A stretch of DNA of 64,000 nt, from NCBI RefSeq assembly GCF_963506605.1, contig NC_083279.1:41850001-41914000 (forward strand), written 5' to 3'. Below the pieces are notes generated by a model that did not search any database, was not told where the DNA came from, and saw only the letters and a list, made by a program, of their open reading frames with translations. This DNA is from Zootoca vivipara (lineage: Eukaryota). Shown here one piece after another: positions 50,099-62,496 of this stretch. Made by a program: the position numbers and the translations under genes. Numbering within the stretch: position 1 is the first letter of the stretch; every line of letters begins with the position of its first letter.

Positions 50099-53000
50099 AC
50101 AAATCTTCATATATTCATTATATATTTGTTTTCCTACTAACCATTGTGCCCAGAATCATTTTGGCAATAGTGTCAACAAAGCACAAGACATGAGTGCTAC
50201 AAGGACCATAAAAATCTAAGTACATCTGGGAGGGACTAGGATTATGGTGACAGACCCAAAAATAATTTAAATGTATACACGGAGCATATGTACACAGAGC
50301 TATTTAAGGCTCTGTCCAGTCCACTCAGTTGGGAACCCTGAAGAAAAGCAGGTTTCATGTTTGTATGGTGCAGTCTCAGACATCGCCTTACAGAATCCAG
50401 GCCACTAAATGAAGACATTCATTTGGCATGGTGACAGTCCTTTCTTCCCAATCCCCACAGCACTCTTTACTGAACATCTGAAAGATTCTGTTGAAATGAT
50501 GTGATGTCAAAGCAAACAACTAGCCTCTCAGCATATGACAAAAATACCTAAATACAGTAATTTTGCTAGCCGGGTGTTTTGATAAAATGTTGAAAATTGA
50601 TATTCCAAGTCTCTACTTTCTATTTCATAATTGGCCAATTAACAGGCTTTCTTGCCCTGCATTCTCTTCTCTTTTGGTGTGTCAAGTATAAGCATTCCTC
50701 ATGGGGCCAGATTTGATGTCTACAAGAGATTATTTGATCCTTATGACAGAGTATAAATGGTTTCTGCTATCATGCTTATTATTTTTTCTCTTTTATTGTC
50801 ATATTTTGTACTTTTATCTGTTCTACTTTATTAGCTGCTTTGAAGGTCCTATGAGAAGAGAGGCAACCAAAACTAAATTACTTATGTGTGGGGTGTGTGT
50901 GTGGGGGGGTGTCCCACCAGTTTATTGTAAATTCTTTATGCATGGTGAAAACATCTGCTATGAACACAAATTATGAAATAGTAACAGTTAACATTTCCAT
51001 TATGTCCCTGTAGCAAAACAAAATAGATTTTATAGGGTCAAATAATTTTCAAAATAGACGGTAACCTTACAGGTATTTTACTTTTTCTGTGGAAAGGTTC
51101 AGAAGCACTGATGAACTTTTCGTTACTTTATATTTTAATTTTAATTCACACATCTTACCCATTGCCTTGCCATTATTATAGTCCAGGATACGTAGAAAAG
51201 GCATTACTACCTAGCAGCATAATAAGGTATTACTTTATCTCATTTTTATCTCATTATTCCTGACAGCTCTACATATTATTTTATTTTCACCCTTTTCTCT
51301 TCCTTACAGCAAAACACCAGTTATGGTGCAATTTTCTAATTATTAAGAATTTTATGAAGCTTTTTCACCTTCAGTTAAGATTAAACCATTTATTTCCTCA
51401 CGACAATTATAAGGTGCAGCAGACAAGGTAAAAGAAGCAATGTATAAAAAGTGAAAGGAGGGTTGTAATTTGCCCTTGGCTCTTACTTTTACACAGCATG
51501 GAATGAAAACTTATGGAAAAGTTGGCATAAATATGTAAAAGAAACTGTAGCCATTCCTCTGAGTCTGAAACTTTTGTCTTCGGGCCGTTAATCTCACGTT
51601 GAAAAGTCAGGTTGCATAGTTTAAATTGTTATAATTAAATTATCACTTAACTTTGGGCTGCAGTGTAATAAGTAGGCTGGGAAAAAATCCTTTCCTTTTA
51701 CATCTTCTGCTCAAAGCAGTACCATATGTTACCGGATAGGGCATTGGGAAATTGGCTCTGCCATTGTGCCTCCACTGCGCTAACCCACCACTGCCACCAT
51801 CACCACCTCACCTCTTCCCCTCTTGGCACTGTGAAGCTGTGTAGCCCCATCCTGCCCTGAGGACCACTCCTGGGATGCAGGGCTGTTGCTGAAACCAAAT
51901 GCCAGGAGGCCATTCGGGGGAGAGCAAATAAGCCAAGGTTAAAGCAGAGTGAGATGGAAGTGCTGTGGGTGGGAAGGTGTTTTTGCTCAGTAGCAGCACA
52001 GTAGACTGTGTTATGGTGTCCTCAAACCATGTAGTATGATCGAGGCATTTTGTCAACATAACAGAATAGAGGAAGGTATTAGAAACACTAATGCCGTTGT
52101 CTTTCAATAACACCTCAAGGTTTCAGTGGTTGTAGGTCAGCGCTGTTGGTTTGGCAGCTGCTCAGCAGTTTAATTTTCACTTATATGCCTAATCTTTTAT
52201 AACAGATAATATTATGACTGCATTTGCTGACTTTAAAATACCATTTAAAACAAAGCATATGTCAAAAAGAGAATCACCTACTCCTGAGTTTGGTTTGTTG
52301 GCTCTGACACCGAAACAGCATACATTGTCTTCATTTAATACAAAACACAGATCCCATGTTTGGGATAGGAATGTAGAATGGGATGCAATTTATGTGGGGA
52401 TTAAATGAGAAAACACACAGAGGGAATGGCACAATACTACTTTTTTGGACAGATGTCTGTTTATTTCTCAAAATGTATTTGATATGCCATATGTTTGCAT
52501 GCTAGAATTTGAAATGTCCATATTTTGTTTGAACAAGCATGATAGATAAGTAGGCTCAAGTCAAGTGCTCCTATCTGGGGCACAATGTTCAAGCCACTTA
52601 TTTGTAAGGTAAACAGAGTTGCACTTGTAGTACAGAGAAGGAATGTATTGGAAGAGCAAGAATCACACTAAGAAAGAAAAAGGGTTACAAATGGTCACAG
52701 CCATAACTGTTATAGCTTATACAGTTTGCTGTGGCACAGGGCAAAGCAGGAACCGATTTAGGGTAATGTGACCGATTTGCAAGCAGGGGGTGCCACAACA
52801 ATGACTTAGAATGGAAGGCGAGAGGCATGCATATTGAATTTTGCCATTGCACAGCGTGCTGCTAAAATGTGAAAGCCCAGATTATACCACTGAGAATCTG
52901 AAAACCCTACTACTGATGGGAGAAACCACCTGGTTCATATGGTGGCTCATATTGGTAGTAGGAGGAAAGTAAGATCAGACGCACTATGGTGAGAGCAATG

Positions 53001-53934
53001 CTGGATTTAGGGCAGTGTGGGCAGTTCCCCTGCACAGGATGCGGAGCCAAGGGGCGCAAAATAATCATCATACATACATACATACATACATGCATACATT
53101 TATATTTATACAGGTACCTACTGGGAAGAATAAGAATAATAGGGTGGAGTGCCAAATTGTATGACTGCTCACTACATACAGTACCTAAAAGCAGCTAATT
53201 TTGTACAGTAAAAGGTAGACAGGCACAGTTAGCTAGGACATAGGCTAAAAAAAAGGAATAATCAAAACAATATAGTTTTATGAAATTATTCTCTTCCCCA
53301 TCAGTTATGCATCTGTGGATATATGCCATGTGTACTTGGCTGTGGACAATTCTGGATGATTATGTGTAGCATAATTCACGGGTAACTGTTAGTTTACAGA
53401 AAATCCAGATGTTTTCCCTCAAGGAAGGTGAAGTATATATGCACATGAATGTCAGCCTAGATGACCTATATATGATTGCAAGCTTTAACAGGAAACATGT
53501 AACTTTTAAAAATGTTCTGCTATGTGGAGCTAGGCCAGAATTTCTTGGAAATAATTTTCTGATACATCTTCTGAGGGTTTTTCTAGTTTTCCTTTTTTAC
53601 TCACCTCGAACTGTCAGGATAATTTTACAGTGCTCCTCTCAATTTCCATATCCATAAACAAAGTAGAGAATTTCGTGTGCATCCCTTCTTCTCTGCTCCT
53701 TCTGCAAAAACTCAAATTCGTAGTCTGCTCACTCTATCCCAACTACTTCAACTTTCTGTTTCCTAGGAATCTGTTGTCACATTCTGGTATTCTAATCTCT
53801 ATCCAGAATTTAGATTATAAAATTCTCAGAGGAGGCACCTGTTTTCTCCTTGTTACTCTGTATAACACTTATTTAATAACGATGGTGGTAGTGATAATTC
53901 AGCTTCAGAAAATGAACAGTCAAGGGTGGTGTAT

Positions 53935-53936
<2 letters not shown>

Positions 53937-54018
<82 letters not shown>
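53937..54018. repeat. Compound (TG)n(AG)n microsatellite
   Basis: Read directly from the sequence. Confidence 0.98.
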
Positions 54019-54021
<3 letters not shown>

Positions 54022-55611
54022 ACAATGATTACAAACATAAGGAGCTGAAATGTGGTTAGAGAATCAAAATTCTGAACAGCTGCTTTATTCAACCATATTT
54101 GTGTCATATGAGAAGTACCACTGGCAAATGTTTGAACAAGCAGATTTTTCATATCCACAGTGTTGGATAACATTTGTTCATAGAAATATCCCTAATCATG
54201 TTTAAACACAGGTACTTTTGCCTGATTTGAAAGTACCATTTTGTGATGCTGCTAATATAGTAATTGAATTTGAAATGTATTGCTTATCCAGAGCATTACT
54301 TAAACTACCAGAAATATACCACATGTTTTCACTAATCAAAGGGAACTGAACATGCCTAACAATATAGCTGGAACATGTTTGCATTAACTGGAGAGATTAA
54401 TGAAATTCATCCACTTTCAAATGATTCTCAAACAGCAAAAGAGCTAATCCAACAATCATTTTAAGTTCATCACGGAGTATTCATCCACTTATAATATTTG
54501 GTTCAAACTGATTGAGTACATAATCCACTGTTCTGAGTACTAGGAGATCTGTTTACAACATGTTCTGCAAATGCATCAATCCTGTATCCCACTGCCACTG
54601 CAAAAAGGAGAAGGTTGTGTATTCCTGGTCCCCCCCCCCCCCGATTAATGGACAACAAGCATTGCACAGGCATCATCTTGTTAGAACAAAACAAACTACT
54701 ACAAAATGAACCTGTGGTATTTAAAAAATTATTTTATATATGCCTTGTAAGCATTCAGAAATGCTACAGTTTTGCATATAAACCCAAAATATTCATTTTC
54801 CAATAGTGTTTCCAATAGTGTTCCAAAACAGTGTTTTAGGTGCATAGAAAGGTGCCCAAGCTTCAAAGCTAGAGGCAAATTATAAATGCAATAAATAAAA
54901 ATAAGATTATTATTTGTAAATCAGTGCACTTTGAATACACAATGTAGAACAATACTTGCTCTCCCATATTTGTTTGAGTTACAAAAAACCTGTCTTATCT
55001 TGAATGTACCCTAAAATGCTCTAGAAGAATTCCCATACTTACTGGATTAATATTTAGAATGTTTATGGATGAGTCAGTCTTTATTAGTATGAATAACTGA
55101 AATATGATTTTAGAATATGCTTTAGTGATTGGCTTTCATAAACCCTGCCTCTTGTATGTGTCTCCCTCTTCACCTCTTTAAAGAGATCCATCTTGCTTTT
55201 TCAATTATTGATTCTGATTGAGTGGGGGAGACAGTGTTTCTACTAGGGTTTCTGAGCTGGAGTGCTGGATGTTAAAGATGGGCAATGTTACCTCACCAGG
55301 CTGGAAAGGTACTTGCACTCCTCTTGCAAGTGCTCTAGGGTTAGTATGGGCATCTGGGACTGGCCCTATGGGTAATTCCTCTCACTTTGACTAGGGTAAT
55401 GATAGTCTTTAACTCTTAGCCTGACTACCTTGCGGGGTTGTTGTGAGGTGGCCATGTATGCTACAGTTAGTGGACAAATATTGGAACAGAAATGCAATGA
55501 AAATAATTAATGATCATATTTAGGGAGGGCAGCTATTTATGCACGGAATAAAATAACCTGGTAATTGTTTAGTGTGTCGTTAATTAATCACAAGAAAGGC
55601 AAATGCTGATA

Positions 55612-56620
55612 AATGCTTTTTAACATCTATATGAAGCCGCTGGGAGAGATCATTAGGGTTTGGGCTGGGTGTCCATGCGGATGACACCCAACTCTATCTC
55701 TCTTTTAAATCAGAACCAGTGAAGGCAGTGAATGTCCTGTGTGAGTGTCTGGAGGCAGTTGGAGGATGGATGGCGGCTGACAGATTGAGGTTGAATCCTG
55801 ACAAGACAGAAGTACTGTTTTGGGGGGACGGGGGGCAGGCAGGTATGGGGGACTCCCTGGTCCTGAATTGGATAACTGTGCCCTTGATGGACCAGGTGTG
55901 CAGCCTGGGAGTCATTTTGGACTCACAGCTGTCCATGGAGGCACAGGTTAATTCTGTGTCCAGGGCGGCTGTCTATCAGCTCCATCTGGTACGCAGGCTG
56001 AGACCCTACCTGCCCACAGACTGTCTCACCGGAGTGGTGCATGCTCTAGTTATCTCCCGCTTGGACTACTGCAATGCGCTCTATGTGGGGCTACCTTTGA
56101 AGGTGACCCGGAAACTGCAATTAATCTAGAATGCGGCAGCTAGACACGTGACTGGGAGCGGACACCGAGACCACATAACACTGGTCCTAAGAGCATTGGC
56201 TCTTAGTACGTTTCCGAGCACAATTCAAAGTGTTGGTGCTGACCTTTAAAGCCCTAAACAGCCTTGGTCCTATATACCTGAAGGAGCGTCTTCACCCCCA
56301 TTGTTCAGCCCGGACACTGAGATCCAGTGCTGAGGGCCTTCTGGCGGTTCCCTCACTGCGAGAAGCAAAGCTACAGGGAACCAGGCAGAGGGCCTTCTCG
56401 GTAGTGGCGCCTGCACTGTGGAACGCCCTTCCATTGGAGGTCAAGGAGATAAACAACTACCTGACATTTAGAAAACACCTAACAGCAGCCCTGTTTAGGG
56501 AAGTTTTTAATCTGTGATATTTTAATGTATTTTGGTATTTGTTGGAAGCCACTCAGAGTGGCGGGGAAAACCCAGCCAGATGGGTGGGGTATAAATAAAT
56601 AAACAAACAAATAATAATAA
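55612..56620 (+). mobile_element. 5'-truncated L2-clade LINE (RT and C-terminus pseudogene, 3' UTR, tail)
   Basis: LFNIYMKPLGEII...ADDTQLY (Y of YADD deleted), WMAADRLRLNPDKTE, SRLDYCNALYVGLP, RAFSVVAPALWNALP. Premature stop at 56127-56129 plus frameshifts. (TAAA)/(TAA) tail. Confidence 0.92.
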
Positions 56621-57749
56621 CACAATTCAGAAAAGAAATCTGAAGAGCCTCTAGCAATCCAATGGTCCCTTTGGCATTTTTCTTGCATACTGTGGCAAAT
56701 TGGCATATGATAGTTAAGCTAAATAATTCAGATGCATAAAGGTTATCTTGTCTGAATTGTAGCTGTGCACGTTTCCCTGCTGTTTAGAGTTTGTAGGTCA
56801 TCTGGATTGAAGAAGAAAAATCTGATGAAAGGGGCAAGTGTCATAAAGGTGTAAAACATAAATGCATTTTCTCTGTAGAAGGCAATAAATATTTTACAAA
56901 AAATAACATGGGAGATTCAGTTGTGCTCTGAAAAGTTATTGTGTTAAATTGGGAAAATAGATTCAATCAACGAAGTGTGAAATAGAAGGATTTTTATCCT
57001 GTTTGAAGTGCAAATCTCAATGCGACCCTAGCTATAGAGTTTCCAACTAAGTCTCTGTAATATAAAATGTCATGCCATCCAGGAAACAGATAATCATGTG
57101 AAACGCTGCGAAAAAGAATTATTAAGCCTCCAATGAATATTGAACCTTAAATTCTCACATTCACAAAAAAAGAAAAACCCATATTTTAGTTCCTACATGG
57201 TCACTAATGAACCCAACTCTGTAAAACCAAAAATAGAAAAGTTATTGGAGGGGCTGACTGTGAGGATCATGTGATTAAACTAATGGGCCTCATCCAATTT
57301 ATGTTGTCTATTATATGCGTGAAAAATATACTGTACGCCATACAGTGAAGTTTAATCCCATCAGAGTTTTAATGCAGTGTAGCGCATAGGATTTTTCTTC
57401 TTCTTACTTTATACCTGTACCTGATGTGCTTTGCAGGTAAATCAGTTGCTTACTTCTCTGTTCCTTGTGAAGTATGAACATGGGCATATAAGCATGGCAA
57501 CATTTAAAAAAGTGCATACATTATTTTTATTTGTATATAGCAGCTTCTGGGCAATCTAGATTATCATCTGATATTGCAATGTCTCTCTTGCTTGGAAAGA
57601 AGCCACTCCTGCTGCCATTCTCACTCCACTTTGCATCCTTCTCTGTTTCCTTTCTTAGCCTTTCATGGTACCAGCTTAGCCAGGTACTAGGAAAAGGGAC
57701 ATAAACCCTTACGGTTGCTAAGCAACTGGAAGATGATTCAACATTCCTC

Positions 57750-57915
57750 TTAGCATTTATATAGCACTACTCCTGGGTGCTCAAAGTATTTCACATACTT
57801 TATCTAATTTTTCATTAGATAACTCTGAAGAACATATTATTATCTCTGTGTTACATAGGGGTAGCAACAAGGTGGGTAAGACTGAGAGTGGCAATTTGAA
57901 TCGGCTCCGTAAATT
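57750..57915 (-). mobile_element. Possible old MIR/CORE-type SINE remnant
   Basis: atttatatagcact...gctcaaagtatttcacatac...attattatctctgtgttacataggggtag...gactgagag resembles a reverse CORE-SINE. Very decayed. Confidence 0.35.
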
Positions 57916-58879
57916 AATTCCCAACCACACCAAGTTCATCATCCTAGCAGTGACTGATGATTGCATCTTGAATGGTCTAACCTACTTGTCATAGATGCAA
58001 GTTGGAACTTCTGCAGCAAAAACGTAGAGAGTTCTCTGCTCAGATGTACAGGGCATAAAGCTCTGTAGCTGGTCAGCATCACCAGCTGGGTCTGAAGTCA
58101 AGCTTTCTCAAGGAGAAAGATAGCTTTGGGATTTATTTCTCACTTTTTAAATTCTGAAACCTACTTTTCACGTTTCATGTTTTATTCATGTTAATTTGTG
58201 TGTTTCATGTTCAGTTTTGAGTATCTCCTTTTTCCCACATGTTTTGTTTTTTTAAAAAAAAAAAATCCAAACACAATTGTTATTATTGACCCCATGGCAG
58301 CAGAGTAGCAAAGCACATATTGATGACCATTTTGTTCCCCAGAATATCTTGATGTGGAATTGTACTAAGGCATTTTCATTTATTTTGTGCAGAGGTACAT
58401 CTGAAAGAGCCCCATTTAGTTAGATTCCCCATTCATCCTTAAATTAATACATGTACCTCTGGACCTTTTGTTTATTATAATGTAAAACTAAATATTTAAT
58501 TGTTGTTATTAGCATTCTATCTCTGAGCAACCAACTGGGAGAGGGATGGACAAAGAAAGGGAAGAGCAGTGTTCTTCCACTGATTCATTCATTCATTTAT
58601 TATTAAATTACTATCCCATTCTTCCTCCCAAATTGCTGTTGTTTGCTGTTATACTTTCGTACCTCTTCTCAGATCCTGATCTTTAAATGGTTCACAGCAT
58701 TTAAAAGATAAAAAACATGATGCAAAATCTCCCAGTATAATTATTTTTATTTCTTATAATATATAAGAAAATACTTAAGACATTTCTGAATAATTTGTCT
58801 TAGAATTATAATCAGAAATAAGTATTCAAATATGTTGCTAGGTGTTGGCATTCCTGGGATGCATGGTAGAAATAGTTTG

Positions 58880-59726
58880 TGTGGCGATACCCCGATCCCT
58901 CCCAGAGTAAATAAAGACACTGGACAAACTGCATAAGGTTAATGGGCGTTAAAAGGCCACAACTTTATTGAGTACAGATGTAGAGAGATATTGGCTTAGG
59001 CATTGGATCTAACCATCTATATCTGACTCCAGCCCGTTCTGCTGGCAGTCTGTGAAAGGTTAACCACCGTTGGGTGAGTCCTGCGATGCACATCAACTAG
59101 GGCCACCGCTAGGGGGCGTGCCTTTTGGCCCTCACCTACCACGGCTTCGGACTTGGTGACGCCCCGGACTCCTTAAGGGAGTACCCTTCAGCATTTTGGG
59201 GGAGGTGATGGCAGCAACCTCCCCCCCCCCCACCTGTAACCTTTCAGAGATAATCCAATGCCTACCGCCAAAAACCAAAGTTGTGACGAGTTGCTACGAG
59301 GTAGGTAAAAACCACCAGGCCAGAGACAATTCGCCAAGTGGGAAAATTCCTACCAGGCCCCTCAACGGCGACCAACCGAGGTCCATAGCAATGTCAGAAA
59401 GGAGGGCCCTGCCTAAAGGGAGGGTGGGCGGGGAAAACGAAGCGGCTGGGGGTCAGGAAAGAGAGACTGAATCCCAGCCGTGCGCTCACTTAAATTAGTG
59501 AGCCACGCCCCCTTGGAGCGTTCTGATTGGACACGCCAAGGGAGCACCGCGTTTGGGAGCCAGCCAATGGGCTGGGAGAATGGCAGCCACAACCTTACCT
59601 CCTTCTACGTCGGAAGTGACTTTCCCATAAGTCTGGAGCAGATCTTTGTTTCCATGTAGCTTCCTTCCATGCTAAAAGATTATGATTCTTGAGGTGGCAA
59701 GACTTGCCAATGCGAAATCGTTACCC
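58880..59726 (-). mobile_element. Probable solo LTR, minus orientation
   Basis: Abrupt GC/CpG-rich block starting TGTGGCGA. On the minus strand the order is ETS, CCAAT, CCAAT, GC box, AT-rich box (59490-59620), then AATAAA (tttatt at 58964-58969) about 85 nt from the end, matching U3-R-U5. Right boundary and TSD uncertain. Confidence 0.55.
59490..59620 (-). promoter_or_regulatory. Promoter-like motif cluster inside the putative LTR
   Basis: GCCACGCCCC (Sp/KLF, 59503-59512), CTGATTGG (59523-59530), AGCCAATG (59562-59569), CGGAAGTG (ETS, 59611-59618), CTTAAATTA (about 59489-59497). Confidence 0.45.
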
Positions 59727-60206
59727 TGTAAAAAGTGCATAGAAAAACAATAGCACATATGTTGCCAGGATATAAGAACAGTAGGGTTAAGAGAGGCTAA
59801 GAGAATATATTAGAAATCTCAGCCCCAAAGGAAATTCTAAATGATCTCAGATCAAAAACTGTTTCAGTCCTGTGGCTTGACATTAAAATATATACTGCAC
59901 TTTCTTTACCTCAGTGCCTTTGAGGCATTGTAAAGATTGTAAAGGTGCACAGAGATCAAGCAGAGTGAAGCATCAGTCTGTAATGTTTCCTCTCACAGGG
60001 ACACCCAGGTTATGAGGTTGTTTCACCAGCAGTTTTAACTTCATTGACATCCTGTATAAAATGACTGTACCTCAGACAACCATCATAGCTTTATATATAT
60101 ATATATTTTTAAAAAAACCCTCTAATAGAGTGTTAGATTTATTAGTATCTAGCTTCTGCCTATCTGATTTTGATGGGAAGAAGGAAGTGCTTTGGCAACA
60201 CTGATA

Positions 60207-60362
60207 ACATAGAAAGAGCCCTGCTGGATGACACAAAAAATCGATCTAGCTCAACCTCATTTCCTAACCAGATGCCACAAGCAGAACATGAGCACAACAG
60301 TATTTGTTTGCTTGCATTCCTAAGCAACTGGTATTGAGAGGCCTGCAACCTCTGATTCTGGA
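60207..60362 (-). mobile_element. CR1 3' UTR fragment
   Basis: acatagaaagagccctgctggat...aaccagatgcc...agcaactggtattgagaggc...cctctgattctgga, the reverse of the tail family at 22078-22142. Confidence 0.7.
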
Positions 60363-60792
60363 TACAGGGTAGTATTCAACTAAGATTTACTCTGAGCAGA
60401 CCCATTTAAATTAATGGACCTAATTTAGTTATGCTCATTAATTCTAGAAGTTAGATGAATATCACCTGCTGTATATAATCATCCTCATTAGTACCCAGTG
60501 AGAGCCTTATTGTCCAGAAAGTTAGGATTTTTTTACTACCTTGAACCACATTTTCCATTTTATCCCCATTTACACAGTTTGGAGATGTTTTTGGAGCTCC
60601 TGAGTACCCTTTTAGTTTTTAAGTGTTTAATCACCAGAAAACTTTGTCACCTCACTACTCACCCTCAACTCCAGATCATTTATGTACAAGTTAAAAGCAA
60701 CTGGTTGTGATACAGATCTGAAAGATGTCATCTTTTACATACTTCAGTTTATCATTGGTCTCTATTAAACTATTAAACCAGTTATTGATATA

Positions 60793-62103
60793 CTAGTGTA
60801 TTTCAGCCCGTTCAATAACGGGCGCTAGAACATCCTGGGGTTTGGAGAAGCGCTTGCGCAGCGCTTCTCCGAACCCTGGGACCTGTCCTTACTGTCGGCG
60901 GCAGGGGGACAGGAACGGAGGAGGAGAAAGCGCTGCTTTCTCCTCCTCCGTTCCTCTCTCCCAGCCGCCGACAGCAAGGAGACATCCTGGGGTTTGGAGA
61001 AGCGCTTGCGCAGCGCTTCTCCGAACCCTGGGACCTGTCCTTACTGTCGGCGGCAGGGGGACAGGAACGGAGGAGGAGAAAGCAGCTTTCTCCTCCTCCG
61101 TTCCTCTCTCCCAGCCGCCGACAGCAAGGAGACATCCTGGGGTTCGGAGAAGCGCTTGTGCAGCGCTTCTCCGAACCCTGGGACCTGTCCTTACTGTCGG
61201 CGGCAGGGGGACAGGAACGGAGGAGGAGAAAGCGCTGCTTTCTCCTCCTCCGTTCCTCTCTCCCAGCCGCCGACAGCAAGGAGACATCCTGGGGTTCGGA
61301 GAAGCGCTTGTGCAGCGCTTCTCCGAACCCTGGGACCTGTCCTTACTGTCGGCGGCAGGGGGACAGGAACGGAGGAGGAGAAAGCGCTGCTTTCTCCTCC
61401 TCCGTTCCTCTCTCCCAGCCGCCGACAGCAAGGAGACATCCTGGGGTTCGGAGAAGCGCTTGTGCAGCGCTTCTCCGAACCCTGGGACCTGTCCTTACTG
61501 TCGGCGGCAGGGGGACAGGAACGGAGGAGGAGAAAGCGCTGCTTTCTCCTCCTCCGTTCCTCTCTCCCAGCCGCCGACAGCAAGGAGACATCCTGGGGTT
61601 CGGAGAAGCGCTTGCGCAGCGCTTCTCCGAACCCTGGGACCTGTCCTTACTGTCGGCGGCAGGAGGACAGTAATGAAGAAGGAGAAAGCGCTGCTTTCTT
61701 CTCCTCCGTTCCTCTCCCGCAGCCGCCGACAGCAAGGAGACATCCCAGGGTTCGGAGAAGCGCTTGCGCAGCGCTTCTCCGAACCCTGGGACCTGTCCTT
61801 GTTGTCGCCGACAGGAAGGACGCGGGACACAAACCCCTACTTCGTCGCCGCTGCTTCGTGGCCTCCTGCCGCTCCTCTCACGGGCCAGGGAGGGTTGTGA
61901 GGAGGAGGTCTCCGCCGGCCTCCACCCTCGCTTCCCTGACGTTCTGGCCAGGAGCGGCGGTTGGAGGAGGCAGGGGGGGGGAGAGAGTGCGCGCGCGCAG
62001 TCTCTGCTGTCCAATCCCTGTGTCGCTGGGGCACATGCGCAGTGACCCAGGGACACACGGGACAGCTTGGACGCAGGGACAACTTGCAAATTATTATATA
62101 GGA
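60793..62103 (-). mobile_element. Complete non-autonomous Helitron (1311 bp)
   Basis: On the minus strand the 5' end is A|TCCTATATAATAA (62103 downward). The 3' end has the hairpin GCCCGTT-ATTG-AACGGGC (60806-60823), 9 nt before CTAG|T (60793-60796). Inserted between A and T with no TSD. All are canonical Helitron hallmarks. Confidence 0.9.
60829..61815. repeat. 152-bp GC/CpG-rich minisatellite, about 6.5 units, each unit an inverted dimer
   Basis: Unit starts (CATCC) at 60831, 60983, 61133, 61285, 61437, 61589 and 61741, giving spacings of 152, 150, 152, 152, 152 and 152. Confidence 0.97.
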
Positions 62104-62496
62104 TGAGTCCCCAACCTTTTATTCCATGACTGCTAAATTTACTCAGAAGCCTTCGGTGAAGAAAGGAGTCAAAAGCTATTGGAGAGTATGCAGTGCCTAT
62201 TGCCAGATGAGCAATAAATGTAGATGAGAAAAGAGAACAGAATCTTGAGTTCAGTGTTGGCCCCTTTTAATGCAACATCCATCAGATGTGTTCCTCCTAT
62301 TATCCTGTTTTTAATTTGGAAATAACACATGTGGAGTATTCTCAGGCTGTTCTCACTGCTGCCTCCCCAATACCCCTATGCACTCTGTTTCTACCTGCTC
62401 TACTCCAACCTTCCCTTGTTGAGTGGGAAGTTCTAAAGGCAGTTTGAAGGTCAGGTGAACATGATGAGAAGCCTTCTATTCAACATGGGGAGGTGG

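Noticed and set aside
60829-61815. CRISPR-like appearance of regularly spaced palindromic repeats
   Set aside because: The intervening sequences are identical rather than unique spacers, there are no cas genes, and the context is eukaryotic.
60812-62106. Long overlapping ORFs (up to 370 aa) on both strands
   Set aside because: They arise from a stop-poor GC-rich tandem palindrome inside a Helitron. The peptides are periodic, cycle through frames and show no Rep or helicase motifs.
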